Assembly (NCBI RefSeq): GCF_009914755.1
Contig: NC_060938.1
DNA: 64,000 bases
Reading direction: 5' to 3' (one strand)
DNA from: the human T2T-CHM13v2.0 reference genome, Homo sapiens
Shown here: piece after piece, positions 1-19,544 of the stretch
Position numbering within the stretch: the first letter of the stretch is position 1
Layout of the letters: each line of letters begins with the position of its first letter
Program-made: the position numbers and the translations under genes
The notes under the pieces: model-generated
Database searches by the model: none
The model's input: only the letters and a program-made list of their open reading frames with translations
Told to the model about the DNA's origin: nothing

Positions 1-2439
<2,439 letters not shown>

Positions 2440-2589
2440 GAATCACTGATAGTCTCCCAAAGTCACCATGGTAATGCCCACCAGCCAATAAGCTTCCACA
2501 CACAGAGCTTCCCATAGGCCTCCCTTACAAACAAGAACAGACATCCAAGAACCAGCAGACCTTCGAGGAAATCCATTGACATGAAAAAC

Positions 2590-2957
2590 GTCAATGTCTT
2601 AGAGTTTTCAATGTACAGATCTTTCACCTCCTTGGTTTAAATTTATTCCTAGTTTTTGTTTTGTTTTGATGCCATTATAAATGGGATTGTTTTCTTTGTT
2701 TCTTTTTCTGATAGCTTATTGTTTGTTTATAGAAACACAACTGATTTTTGTAGGTTGACTTTGTATCCTGTAACTTTACTGAATTCATTTCTTAGTTCTA
2801 ACAGGTTTTTGGTGGAGGCTTTCTGATTTTCTGTATAAGATAATGTCATCCGCACTCAGAAACAGTTTCTCTTCTTTCTTTAGGATTTGGATGCCGTTTA
2901 TTTGTATTGCCTAATTGTTCTAACTAGGACTTCCAGTACTATGTTGAATAGATGTGG
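2590..2957 (-). mobile_element. Internal ORF2 fragment of an old L1M, antisense, flanked by a 13-bp direct repeat
   Basis: The reverse complement matches the L1 ORF2 RT region (equivalent to ~369-735 of this window). TGACATGAAAAAC occurs at 2577-2589 and 2958-2970. Confidence 0.8.
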
Positions 2958-3893
2958 TGACATGAAAAACAAGGACTAAAATAAACAGAAAAAGGAACTT
3001 GGAAGGAACAGAAACAATGCAAGAACCAGAAGAAAACTTTCATGAAAGTTATAACAAATATCCTCAGAGAGACAATGTTTTACATGTGCAAAACAATTCC
3101 TTATACAGGAATATTCAGAAAACAATAAAAGAGCTTTTGAAAATTAAAAACATGAAAGCCAAAACCAAAAAAGTAAGCAGAAGTTGTTAAAGATAAAGGG
3201 AAAAATGGCACTCAGTAGAGACAGCAAAAAAATATGAAATAGAGGAAAGAAAAAACATGAACATTAGAAATTCAAGCCACGAGGTCCACAACCCAACTAA
3301 CAAAAGTTTTAGGAAGAGAAAACAAAAACTGAAAAATAGTGTAGCAGATTTCCCATTAATAAAGAAAATGAATTTTCAGAATAAAAAGACCCACGGAGAA
3401 CCCATATGGCAAAAAAAAAGGGTGGGGAGGCATGAAGGTACATCATAAAACATGAAATCAATGGGATAAAAATAATAAATTAAAGGCGTCTAGACAGAGA
3501 AATCATGTGGCCTGTGCAGGTGGGAGAATCGGAATGCCCTCAGCCTTCTCAATGGCGACATTGAAGAAGACCATAGATAGAATACACCTGTTGAATTCTG
3601 AAGGGAAAGTCATTTCCAAACTACCAATCAAGTATGATTGATAAAATAAAGATATTTTCTCACATGCAAAATCTCAAAACCTTGATTTCCTGTTCACCTT
3701 TTCTTGGAGAATAAACCAGGAAAAAGAAAAATGAGGACTTTGTTAAAACAGTGATCAACACAGGAAAGAAGCAAATAGAATCCCCAGGATGACCACAAAG
3801 GGAGGTCTGAGGAATCTTGGGAACATGATGTCTACATCAGAGCTGAAGAATGAAGACTCCAAGAGGAAGGTCTTCTAGAAATAAAAGAGGGTT

Positions 3894-4187
3894 GGCTGGG
3901 CACGGTGTATCATGCCTGTAATCCCAGCACTCTGGAAGACAGAAGCAGGCGGATCACTTGAGGTCGGGAGTTTGAGGTCGGCTTAGCCAACATGGTGAAA
4001 CTCCATCTCTACTAAAAATACAAAAATTAGCCAGGCATGTTGGTGCATAATTGTAGTCCCAGCTACTTGGGAGGCTGAGGTAGGAGAATCGTTTGAACCC
4101 AGGAGGCGGAGGCTGCAAGTGAGCCGAGATTGCACCACTGCACTCCAGCCTGGGAGACAGAGCAAGACTCTGTCTCAAAAAAATAAA
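3894..4187 (+). mobile_element. Alu (AluS-type)
   Basis: GGCTGGGCACGG...TGTCTCAAAA dimeric structure with A-rich linker. Confidence 0.95.
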
Positions 4188-4224
4188 AGGATTGATAGAT
4201 TATTTGATGGAATTCATTGTGTGA

Positions 4225-4574
<350 letters not shown>

Positions 4575-5074
4575 TTGAGAGGTGTTTTAAAGAACATTGG
4601 AGCATGTAGAAAACTTAGCAAGAGGTTTGTTCAAACAAAGACACCCAAATAAAAAGAGAGAGACAGATGGACATCTTATGAAAAAAAAAACAAACAGTTA
4701 CATGACAAAGGAAATGAAAGCGCAATATGCAAAGTTGCAATAACCACAGTACTGAATATGGGTTTAACCAAATATGTCACAAAACTATTTCAGGAGAGTA
4801 GAAGAGTGTGTCAGGAGAGGAAATGTGTAGGGGTGAGGGATGATAAAAGAAAGCCAAATCCTCATCTTCTATAGTAGAGAGTTAGCGGATAAAACCTAAA
4901 AACAATACATCAAGAAATACTTACACTTATGGAAGGAAATACCAGAAGTTAAAAGGGGTTACTTCTGGGACATCAGACACCAGACTGCAGGGAAGGGCTG
5001 CCTCTTGTATTAACAAGCTTCCAGTATAATTTGCTTTTTAAAAATAGGTCCATGCATTATTTTAATAAAAATTA

Positions 5075-5489
<415 letters not shown>

Positions 5490-6589
5490 TCATTCCTGAA
5501 CTTCCAAGCATAGTTGTTGTCTGAAAATGAATTTGTTAACTAATCATACATAGACATGTGATGTCTCTTTAATTCTTGTCTTGATCTTTTGTCAAAATCT
5601 CCATTATTTTTTCCCACATAGCTTCTTTCCATAATTAGATTTTAAGATCCCAGAGGAAATAAGTGGTGTCTTATACTTTTTATAACCTTCCTGTATCAAA
5701 ACAGAAGACAGAAAGTGCTCAATAAATATTGGATGAATTGTAACTAAATATCAAATAGCCATGATTTCATTGTCATTTGTTGTCAAAGCCAAACTTCAAA
5801 AATCGTAAACTCCATCTAAAGAAAAGAGAATCAGATGCCATATATATTTCTGCCTTATAAAGGTTTTTGAGGGAGAATACAGTCACGTCTAATAGTCTAA
5901 AAAGTCAAACTTACCCACTTAATCATTGTTTTTCAAGGTCACTTCTCAAAAGATAATCTAATTTAAAGCAGGTGCAATATCTAGAGTCAGAGGATCTATT
6001 ATCCAATATTTGCTGTTTTTCAAAAAGACTTATAAATTTAGTTTGGAAGTATAATAAGGTTTTTTATTGATTGATTTTTAATCAAGATATGCAATCTCAT
6101 TTTCCATTTTTATACTTTCCATTTTTGATTACCTTGTTTTCTTTTTATCTTATTTTGAAAGAGAAGTGCTTGGTGTTTTAAATCTCAGAGGAAAGAACAC
6201 ACTGAAATGCAATGCCTTTCATAATAATCAGAGTTCTCTAAATTCTAAATTATGTAACCCACTTTAATATAGCATTTAGCATATTGTTGAGTAAGTACCT
6301 CCTAAGAAGAGGAAATCTCTGTAATAATATCCTTGAGTTTTCATTACAGGTATCAGCATAAATAAACTTCAAAAACACACTTTTCTTGTTTTTAGCTGAT
6401 CAAATTAATACAAGGGTCATGGCACTGTCATATTTCTTTGGTTTCTTTTTTTTCTTTTTTTTTTAAACTCTTCATGATCTTCACAAGATAATACTATTAG
6501 GTGGCTGAAAATTTGTGGCAGAGTCCTTACCGGCATGCCTGAAAGACACAGGTGAATACACGATTTTCTAGGATGATCCTGAGCAAACA

Positions 6590-7130
6590 TATATTTTAAA
6601 TATAATTTGCATACAATAACGTACACAATTTTTTAAGTGTACAGGTTGATGCAATTCGACAAAACTATATTACTCTAGCCTGATTAAGACTTGGAACATT
6701 TTCATTATCCAGAAAGTTCCCTCATGCCTCACCCCACCTCCCATAGACATGCTATTTTTCTAATATAAAAATTTAGTAGTAAAATTAACAGGTAATAGGA
6801 TAGATTTATATCTCTATATATATGTCTTTATGTATACTTTATAGGAAATACTGCTATACTGTTTTCCAAAAGGGTTGTCTCATTTTCTATTCTCACCAGC
6901 AAGGTATGAGCATTTTATACTGGCCAATGCTTTTAATTGTCATTTTTTTTTATTCTAGCCATTCTAATGGGTCTCTCATTGTGGTTTTAATTTGTGTTTC
7001 CCTGATTATTAATGATGTTGAGCATCTTTTTATGCACTTGTCAGCTATTTGTATATTTTCTTTTACCCAGTTTCTGTTCAAATTTTTTGCCCATTTTCAT
7101 TGGATTTTTGTTTTTTTATTATTCAATTGT
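6590..7130 (-). mobile_element. Old L1M 3' fragments
   Basis: Typical antisense L1 motifs (CTCATTGTGGTTTTAATTTG...GATGTTGAGCATCTTTT). Confidence 0.7.
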
Positions 7131-9755
7131 GTTCCAGGATAAAATTTTTGACCTAAATAAAATTTTGGTCCTGGCCACCAGCTCTCTGCCAACCCTAGTG
7201 CAAATGGTCCATTTACTCACTTATTCCACAGCCATTTTACTAAGCACCTACTGAGCTCCAGTAGTTATAAGGATAAGACACAGCCTCTGCTTTAAAAAGG
7301 TTACAGTCAAATTTAGGAGAAATGTGAATAAGTAACTGTAACATAAGTTTAATGTAAAAAGCCATAGGAGATATTTAGAGACTGAACATGCCATTTCTAG
7401 TTAGGGTGATCAGCAAAAGCTTTATTAAAGGAGATAGTATTTGAGATGGGCTTCAGGTGAGGAGCAGAATTGCAACAGACAGTGATAGAGTTATGAGAGA
7501 AAACAAAGGCATGTCTATAGGAAAACATGGGATGTGTTCAGAGGAAAAAAAATTACATAATTCAGGCAAAAGGATAGTGTTGGGATGTTGTGTTGAAATC
7601 ATATTATGGACAACCTAATCTGACGCAGCAGGTAAAGATGGTCCCTGTGGAAGTAGTAGTAATAGTTGCATAACAGATTAAAGTTTGTGGCCCTCAACTC
7701 GCCTCAGCCCTGACTATATTATTGCTGATACCTCTGTCACAGCCACTGAGCTGGGACTGCTAATCTGCACCTCCTGGCAATTTGACAGGGACTGGATCTC
7801 CCTCTGAGGGGAGGGAAATTGAGCCCCAAATACCTCATCAGCCTGGAGCTCCTTGACTTTCTTTCTGTGCTTACCAAGTGAAGCTCTTGGTGCAGCTCCC
7901 TTGGAGAAGGGAACCTCCTGCAGATGCAAAGCCAGGGGAGGCTTGCATGCTAGGCTGCCCTGCTCACCGACTGTGAAATGAGTTGCAAACACAAGACAAA
8001 CTGCCGTCTTGCACACCTAGCTTGGGCACCAAGCCAGACCCATGCCAAAGGAGCCGAGTTGTTGGGGAAGCAACTGAAGTAGGTCATCCCTCCTAAGTCA
8101 CACGCTCACATCTCCAGAGGCACAGCAAAGGGTCTGCAAGGAAGATCATGAAAGAATTTGAAGAGAGAGAGAGTAGGCAATGATCTTTCCAGAATGGTGT
8201 GCATGCTGACTTCTTGACAAGAACAGGGAATGGTCTGCTTCAGCCCTAGGAATTTTCAGAACAGAAGAGTCACATTGACAACTCAGGATACTTGGTTTCC
8301 CCCAAAATCCTAATTTATTGATTGGTAGCATCTCCTACTACCACAGCCACTATTATGAGAAAAAAGAATTAATACATTAAATCACAGCAATCTATATTGG
8401 CAAGGTTACTTTCATAACTATTGAGAAATTATTTGCAGAGCAGTCCCCAACTAGTGGGTTGCCTGCTGGTGGGAGAGGGATAAAGCAGTTAGTGCAAAGA
8501 TCCTCAAAATCATACAAACCTTTGTAGCTCTTCAACTGACTAACAGTGCAACTACTATCATCCCCGAAAGATTTTTACTTTAAATAAAAGTTCTCCAAAA
8601 CACCAGGAGCCACTGTCTAGAGCAATGGCCTCAAATGGTCATGCATTTTATATTAGGGGATTCAGTCTGAGTAAATGTTTCCTATCTATGCCAGGCCAAA
8701 AAGTAAACTAGATAGCTTTTCTTCTCTAAAAATAATTTGCAAATTCATAAAATATTTCTTTAGCATGGTTTTGCTAAAGTTACTTATTTAAGTAAGGGCT
8801 TTTTACCTTGACAAAAACTGGTAGAACATAAAAGAATTTTTGCTGAGAATGAATACTAGGAAAACAACACTGCCAAAATGTTCTAAACCTTGTAAATTCT
8901 GAACCATTTTATTAACTAATTATCCCTCTTTAGCCAGGAGCTCGTAACAGTAAAGAATCTGAAGTTTGTTCTTTGTTGAGCAAGTAGGACGATAATTACT
9001 TCTTCACTGTTCCTTCTTTGCAATTTTATGTATAAATAACTCTACCTTTTAGTGAGTGCCCGCTAGGCTCTGTGCTATTTTTACATAAATTTGATTTCAG
9101 CCTTCCAACCCCAAAAGATTCTGACTTCTCCACACACTCTTCTCAATTTTGGGTGATTTTGCCCATTTCAAGTCTCAATTATCTGTATAATGAAAGAAGA
9201 GAAACAAGACTGCATAGGACCAAATAGTAAAGGCAAAAGCCATGTATACTATGTTCTGTAGCAGGTTTTACTTGTGATTTTACAATTAATTGGAGGATGC
9301 TGGCAACAGGCTAAATAATGACAGGTATAAATCAACCTTGGATTAAATTTTTGAATAAATAACAGAAACACAAAAAGCAGTTTTTAGCATGTAGAATTAG
9401 GCACACAGTTCTTCCCAAGTAAATGTGGATGGGTACTAAATGTTTTCACTTTTCTGGGAGTTTACTCCTAGATCAGGTGGGAGGAAATAATCAAGCATTG
9501 TCATCTGACACACTATCTCTGCCAGGACATGGAAATCTATTTTGTTAATTACATTCTGCCTCTGAGTCTAAAAGAAATAAACACTTAAAAAAAAGTGGAC
9601 CTTTTATCTCCCACAAGCAGCATTGAGCCTGACCCTTTTGCCAGTATGATGATGATCATTTTGGGTGTGTGTAGGGGTTGTGAGGTTGAGAAGGGAGGGG
9701 ATTCAACATTGAGGAGGAGGCTATGCTTGTGTTTCAGCTTCAGACTATTGGCAGT

Positions 9756-10164
9756 TGATACGGTTTGGCTGTGTCCCCACCCAAATCTCATCTTGAATTT
9801 TTGCTCCCACAATTCCCACATGTTGTGGGAGGGACCCAGTGGGAGATAATTGAATCATGGAGGTGGTTCTTCTATACTGTTCTCATGGTAGTGAATAAGT
9901 CTCACAAAATCTGATCGTTTTATAAGGGGTTCCCCCTTTCACTTGGCTCTCATTCCCTCTCTTGCCTGCCGCCATGTAAGACGTGCCTTTTGCCTTTTGC
10001 CGTCCACCATGATTGTGAGGTGGGAGGCAACGTGGAACTGTGAGTCCACATTGGGCAACTGTGTTCCCCAGCCACGTGGAACTGTGAGTCCATTAAACCT
10101 TTTTCTTTATAAATTACCCAGTCTCTGGTATGTCTTTATCAGCAGTGTGAAAATGGACTAAAAA
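9756..10164 (+). mobile_element. THE1 (THE1C-like) MaLR solo LTR
   Basis: Starts TGATACGGTTTGGCTGTGTCCCCACCCAAATCTCATCTTGAA and ends ...TATCAGCAGTGTGAAAATGGACTAA; contains ATTAAACC. Confidence 0.9.
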
Positions 10165-11157
10165 TTGCCCTGGTTTCCTTTTGTCACTGTGTGGTAGAAT
10201 GCTGACTCACCAACTTACAGGATACGGCAATTTTCCATTGCAGAATCCATTATGTTGCAATAGTAAACGCTGAAAGATTTCATAGATCATGGAAAGTATA
10301 GGCTTATAAGAAATGATTGTAGTAATATCTGAGTTATAAAGCAATTTTATTTGTACACATAGACTTTAAGAAAAGATTCATAATTTCTGATCAATTTTCT
10401 GAATAGTCAGACACGAATTTTCTTGTTAATAATAAGTCATTTTTGAGCATTAGCTTTGTGCTGGGTTCTTTACAGATAGTCTATCACTTTGGGCCTAACT
10501 ATTCAATAGAAAGTATTCTTATTCCTATTTAACAAATAAGGAAACTGGTGCAGAGATATCAGGTAAGTCCCCCGAGGTCACCTGGCCATAAGGGAAATAC
10601 TAGGATAGAAATTCAGTATTAACTAACTCCAAAACACGATCTCTTCCTGGTACATCAGGTCAACCCCTTTTATGTAAGATTATTCTTGCACCTGTTGTAA
10701 TTCTGCAACTTTACTTGATCATCTTCTTAAATTTCTGCTTAAAAGCCTCCAGTGGTGCTTTACCATCTTCATTTTTAAAGAGACAAAGTCCTCACAAATA
10801 GCCTTCAAAGACCTGTGCTGTTTGTCTCCCACCCATGCCACGTATTCTCTCATCCTACCTCCTATTTCTTTCCTCCTCATGGTTCTACCCCAGCCACACT
10901 GAATAGGACACATGGCATGTTCCCACCTTAGGGGTTGGGCACTAGTTGTTTTCTCTGCCAGAGAGCCCTCTCCCCAGATATCCATAGCTGTCTCCTTCGT
11001 CTGATACAAGTCTTTGCTTAAGGGTAAGTTTCTCATTGAGATCTTCCCTGAATGCCCTATTTAAGTTTGCAAACTGCCCACCACTCTTCATCCCACTTCC
11101 CTGTTTTATTTTTCCCCATGATGCTTATTACCATCTGACATTCTAGACATTTGCCTA

Positions 11158-11260
11158 CAGTGGTACCCCCTTTACTCATGGAGGATATGCTCCGAGACCC
11201 ACAGGGGATGACTGAAACAGAGGATACTCCCTAACCCTATATATAATATTTTTTTCCTCC
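11158..11260 (+). mobile_element. Tigger-family (TcMar) DNA transposon end fragment
   Basis: TA-CAGTGGTACCCCC...GAGACCC...GGATGACTGAAAC...CCCTATATATA resembles a Tigger/MER terminal sequence. Confidence 0.55.
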
Positions 11261-11269
11261 AACACTGCT

Positions 11270-14235
<2,966 letters not shown>

Positions 14236-15389
14236 ATATTGCATTTCTAAATTATTTAAACATATTAATAGACAAGCTCACTGTCTTGAATTTATACCTT
14301 TTAAACCTTTAACTTATTTTTCAATTCAATATTAATAAATTAATTACATTGTATTTTAAACAGTAAATTAATCTTTCTGCTCTTAGATGCATTTCATTTA
14401 CCAATTTACAGATGTAACTGCGCATTTATAATGGAGCAGCTTCCACATATTGACCTTTGGGAAAACCTACTTTCATGACAAGCAAACAGAAAAGACACTT
14501 GCAATTGCTGTTGGAACACTGGCAAGCCAATTAGTGCTTCTTTAATTTGCAATTGAATTTATCATAAATTAATCTTAAATAATAATCAATGACAAAATAT
14601 CTCTCAAAAAATAAAAATAGTTCCAATGTTTGGGGATACTAGAGGGCATAATTGCTTTTGAGGTTCAATTTGCTCTTCCTATGACATTAAACGTAGTTAG
14701 CTCTTTTTTTTCCTGGCATCATTAAAATCTCATGATATTCTTCTCTGTATATAATACTGCAGGACTCACTCTCTCCAAATTCAGGTCCTGTTACTTTCAT
14801 TAGACACTTAACTCGAGATTATTCCCACGACCTAGGCAATTAGACTTCAAACCATCTGCCAGACTCAGCTCAGCTGCATTCTGATTTGCGAGTAAATACT
14901 TGCTAGAGACAAATTCTCATGGAGTTCAATGCCCATTGCTTGATGAGCTCTTTGAAGAGAGTGCCAGAGTCAACAAAACAGAGGGAAGCCCTCCAGCTTG
15001 TAGCTTTCTATCCATATGGCTACATCCACAAGTGATTTCAGACCCCTTCATCACCCATAACAACTCTTTATATTCTTCTTACTCAGAAAAAAAAAAAAAT
15101 ACTACATGTTGACAGGTTTATTTTAGGAAAGAAGGTACACACTATTTAAAAATCCTGGATTTGAAGTAACCAAATAAAACTTTGGGTGAGTGGGAAAAAA
15201 TACAGCCTCAAATAACTTAAAATGATTCCTGACTTGTTGAGTTTGAGGATCTCTTCAGACTGAGATTTATTCTCCGACAACTCCAGAATTGGGAGACTAT
15301 CAAATGTGGCTCAGTACTCAACAAGTATTTGTTCCAAGCTCTTGCACAGTTCTGTGTGCTAAATACAGTAGTGATTAAAAGTTAAAGAT

Positions 15390-17480
15390 GAAGCATTACA
15401 CCTAAGATTTTATTTTCTCTCCCTCCTGAGATCCCCTTAAAAAGATGAGAAAGGAGTTTTTCCTATTTATACATCCACAAGAATTTTTACTATGCATACA
15501 TTCACAGAAGACAGGTGAGAGCCCATCCATGGTCTGAAGAGCTACAGAATTCAGAATGAAGAAAAATAGAAAAGAAGGAAGGCAAAACTCACAGTACTCA
15601 GAGGGAGCGTAGTCAGAGACTGCTGCCTTGCTCTGTAAAATCTCTGGGAGGAATAGGACTTAGAGGTGATGGGTATGGCATGTGGTAAGAGTAAGACATG
15701 GGACTGAAAACAGAAGGGTTAACTGAAAGTTTATATCTGGAAGCATTAATCCTGTACTCTATTTATGCAAAATTCCAACAGCCAAGTACCTCCCCACTAA
15801 GCTGAAGAGGTTGAGAAATCCTAAAACAAAAAAGACATTCACATTCTGGCACTTTAGGGTCTACCAACATAATGGCCAGCTCCCTAAACAATTACCCTAA
15901 AGCAAAGTCTGCCAACAGAAAAGCACCCTCTTAAATACGAATGTGTGCAACCAGAGATCTCCAGTCAAAGAATGCTCCTAACATGGAAGATCAAAACCAA
16001 GATACACAAATGGCGGGGAAATGAGCCTGGAGAAATCAAAGAAATCACAGAAAAGAGAAAGGAACCTTTAACAAAGCAATAATTAAGGACCTGAGATAAA
16101 TCTGAGAACACATTTCATCCCTATCACTATAACAATCATGATAATAATAATAAAAATAATAGCTAATATTTATTGAGAACACACTAAGAGCTACTGTTCA
16201 ACAAACTCAAGACAAGGAAACTGCAGCACACAAAGTTTCAGTGACTGATAGTAAGCACAGAAGCCAGGGTTTAAGTCCAGATAGTGTGAATTTAAAACCC
16301 ATGTTCCTAAACAAAGGGGTATGCTTTCTCAAATATGCTGGTTTTATTTCATTTTATTTTTTATTCTTTTTTATTTTTTATTTTTAGAAGGAGTTTCGCT
16401 CTTGTTGCCCAGGCTGGAGTGCAATGGTGCAATCTCGGCTCACCACGACCTCCACTTCCCGGGTTCAAGCGATTTTCTCCTGCCTCAGCCTCCCGAGTAG
16501 CTAGGATTACAGGCATGTGCCACCATGCCCGGCTAATTTTGAATTTTTAGTAGATACTGGTTTCTCCATGTTGGTCAGGCTGGTCTCAAACTCCCAACCT
16601 CAGGTGATCCACCCGCCTCAGCCTCCCAAAGTGCTGCGATTACAGATGTGAGCCACCGCACCCAACCAAATACGCTGTTTTTAAAAGGAACAGAACACAA
16701 GAAAGTGCTCTTAAAAAATCTATTCAGGTATTTAACAAGTATGTGTTTAGAGTCTTCTGTTGGCTAAACACCAGTCTAGGTACCAAAAATACGGCAATAA
16801 ACAGAACAGGCAGTATTTCAGCTCTCATGAAGCTAAAATTAAAAATTTAGTAGAAGAGATGGAAGATGCACTCAAGGAATTTTACCAGGCAATTTAATAA
16901 AAGTAATAGGAGAAAATTCCAAGAAAAAATGGAGATATGTCTGATGGACCAGGAGGTGCCTTTTCCTCTTATTAAGAATTCCAGAGACAAAACAGATAAA
17001 ATGAGAATAAGTTATCCCATAAACAATACAAGAAAATTTCCTAGCAGTGAAGAACAAAGGTCTTCAGATTGAAGGGGCCTGTCTTCCCCCAGTGCCCATT
17101 ATAATAAATGGAAAAAGATTCCTATCAAGGTACACCTTCATGAAATGTCACACCAGGGATAAAGAGAAGGTCTGAGAAGCTTCCAGAAGTAATAACAAGT
17201 CAATGACCAAAGAATAAGAATTTGAATGGGGTCATACTTACCAAAAGCATCAATGGGTGCTAGAATATGATAAAGCCTTTAAAATTCTGAAGAAAGGCGA
17301 TTTGCAACCTTAAATTTTATAGCCAGCTAAAGTACCAATTGAATATAAGGGTAGAAAAAAATAAGGTCATTTTCAGACATGCAAAGACTCAGAAAATATC
17401 TCCTTCACACAGCCTAAGAAATTACTTGAAAATGTGCTCTAGGAGAGAAAATCAAGAAAAAAGATGACACAAGATTCAGA
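15390..17480 (+). mobile_element. Old HAL1/L1M ORF1-like element with MIR/Alu/L2 insertions
   Basis: Degenerate ORF1 3' motifs at 17220-17400 (AAAATTCTGAAG...CATTTTCAGACATGCAA). Boundaries approximate. Confidence 0.5.
16345..16667 (-). mobile_element. Alu (AluSp/Sq-like)
   Basis: Reverse Alu with TTGGTCAGG; TSD AAATA(T/C)GCTG. Confidence 0.93.
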
Positions 17481-17569
17481 AAGAGACTCCCACTGGGGAG
17501 AGGGGAAATAGTCTCCTAAGAAGCTTGAACTTCATTCTGTAGATATTAAAGGAGGCATGGATTTCAAGC

Positions 17570-18860
17570 TGGAAAGCAATATAAGATCTGTGTTTTAGAA
17601 AGGACATTCTTTCCTAAGTCTTTCCTAATGTCCTTTAGAAAAAACATTCTTTCCTAAGTTCCTAAAATCAGAATAGTGGAAGATTTCTGAGACCAGTCAC
17701 AAAGTTTTTGCAAAACTCAGGTGAAATGTAGTTCAGACCTAAACTAAGGTGGTAGCAATGAGAACCATGAAATTGTAGATGTGCAACAGCTGGGCTCACA
17801 TCTGATTGGGGTGGGGGGTTCTTAGCACAATTTCATGTTGTTGTAAATATTCACGGCATGAACGTAGGGCAAGGGCAAGAGAGACTCCACAAGGACATCG
17901 AAGCTTCAAGCCCTGGAAAGTGGTAGATGGAAGACAAGAAATAAAGACATTCCAGTAAGCTTCAAGGCAAGAATCATTCTATTTGAGATATTTTGAGTGG
18001 AGAGGCAGTGCTAGATCCATAGAGAAGTACAGAGGAGCTCCTACCTTTCTGTCTGATAGCAACCAGACTGTCTGATTAAAACTGCAGATCACTGCAAGGG
18101 TGGTTAAATCAAAAAAGAAAAAAGGCAGTTGTTCCCCCTGCTTGACCCTGAAAGTGCAGAGATAGTGTGGGTGGACTGCACAGGAACACTTAAGGTGCAG
18201 CATGCCTAATGGATACTTAGAACGATGACAAGTGAGGATTAAGATGTCTTCAAGTATAATAGATTCTAATTTTGTCTGTAAGTGGCCTTAGAGCTCTGAG
18301 ATGAGACTACAGAGGTAGTCCAGTGCTAGATCTGCAAGACCTTAAAGGGCATGGTAGGAAGCGTGGATGTTATTCATGGTACGTTGAGAAGTCACTGTAG
18401 GCCTTTAGGCAGGAAAGTGACATTACTCAATTCATATGTTATGATTACTCTGGCTACTATGTGAGGAATGGATTGAAAAAGAATAAAAGTGGACAGGAAA
18501 GATATTTCAGTAAGAGATAATGTTAGCTTGGACTAGAAAGCTTACACTGGAGATGCAAATACGTGGATTTGAGATTCCTTTGGAGTTCAGAATCATAGGT
18601 GTTTTGCAAGATTAAATGTGGATGGGACAATGGTCTTGAGGAAATCCAACATTCCTCAAGGTTACTAATTTGAGCAATCAAGTGGATGAGAGTGTCAATT
18701 ACCATGTTGGGGGGAAATAGAGGAGGAGCAGGTTGAGCTAAGGGCAAAGGATGAAAAGATAAGTTTTGAAAGGCCCTATTAAGTTGGAGACGCCTGTGAG
18801 GCATCCAGGTGGAGATATCAAATAAGCAGTTGGATATACAAGTTGAGGTCTGGACTGGAG
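17570..18860 (-). mobile_element. L2 fragments
   Basis: Antisense L2 motifs (GAGGCATCCAGGTGGAGATATCAAATAAGCAGTTGGATATA). Confidence 0.65.
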
Positions 18861-19544
18861 CTGTATTTGCCAACTTCATTGCTTTTGGCTTCAGCTCAGA
18901 TAAACTTCAAATTGGGACAAGGAGGAAATTAACAATTATTGAGCACCTACCATATGCCAAGCACCCACATTTCCCAACATCTACTTTCTCCTTGCCTGCC
19001 CAAGCACCCTCCCAGTTCAGCCCGAGTGGGACCTAACTTAGAGGCCACCTGGGATATGTCATTACATATACTCAGACAAACTTTGGAATCTTCCCTCCCA
19101 GATTCCTAATGAGTCCATGGAGACTTACTGCACCTGGATCTGTGTTCAAAGACTCCAAAGACCTGAAAGTGAAGACTAGCTCCTGGGACACTGAAGCTGA
19201 GAACTCCAGACCCAAATGATACTTATGACTCCACCCTTGGTTCACTGTATCTTTTTGGACACAACATCCCTTATTTCTTTGTCTGAATTTTAGTATCTGC
19301 CCGCTTCATAAAAATGCTTTGAGAATTGAAACCAGCTTCTGAATCACCTGGAGAGCATCTTAAATAATGCAGATTCCCAGCCTCCACAAACAGAGATTAT
19401 AATTCATTTGGTCTGGAATGTGTCTCAATCTGTATTACAGGTGATTCTGATGCTGGTCCAGAGTGATCCCTGGACTAGAAATGCTGATTTGCAGAGTGAT
19501 AAACTGCCAGTTTTTCCCCAAATTATCTGCCTCAATGCTGTCTC

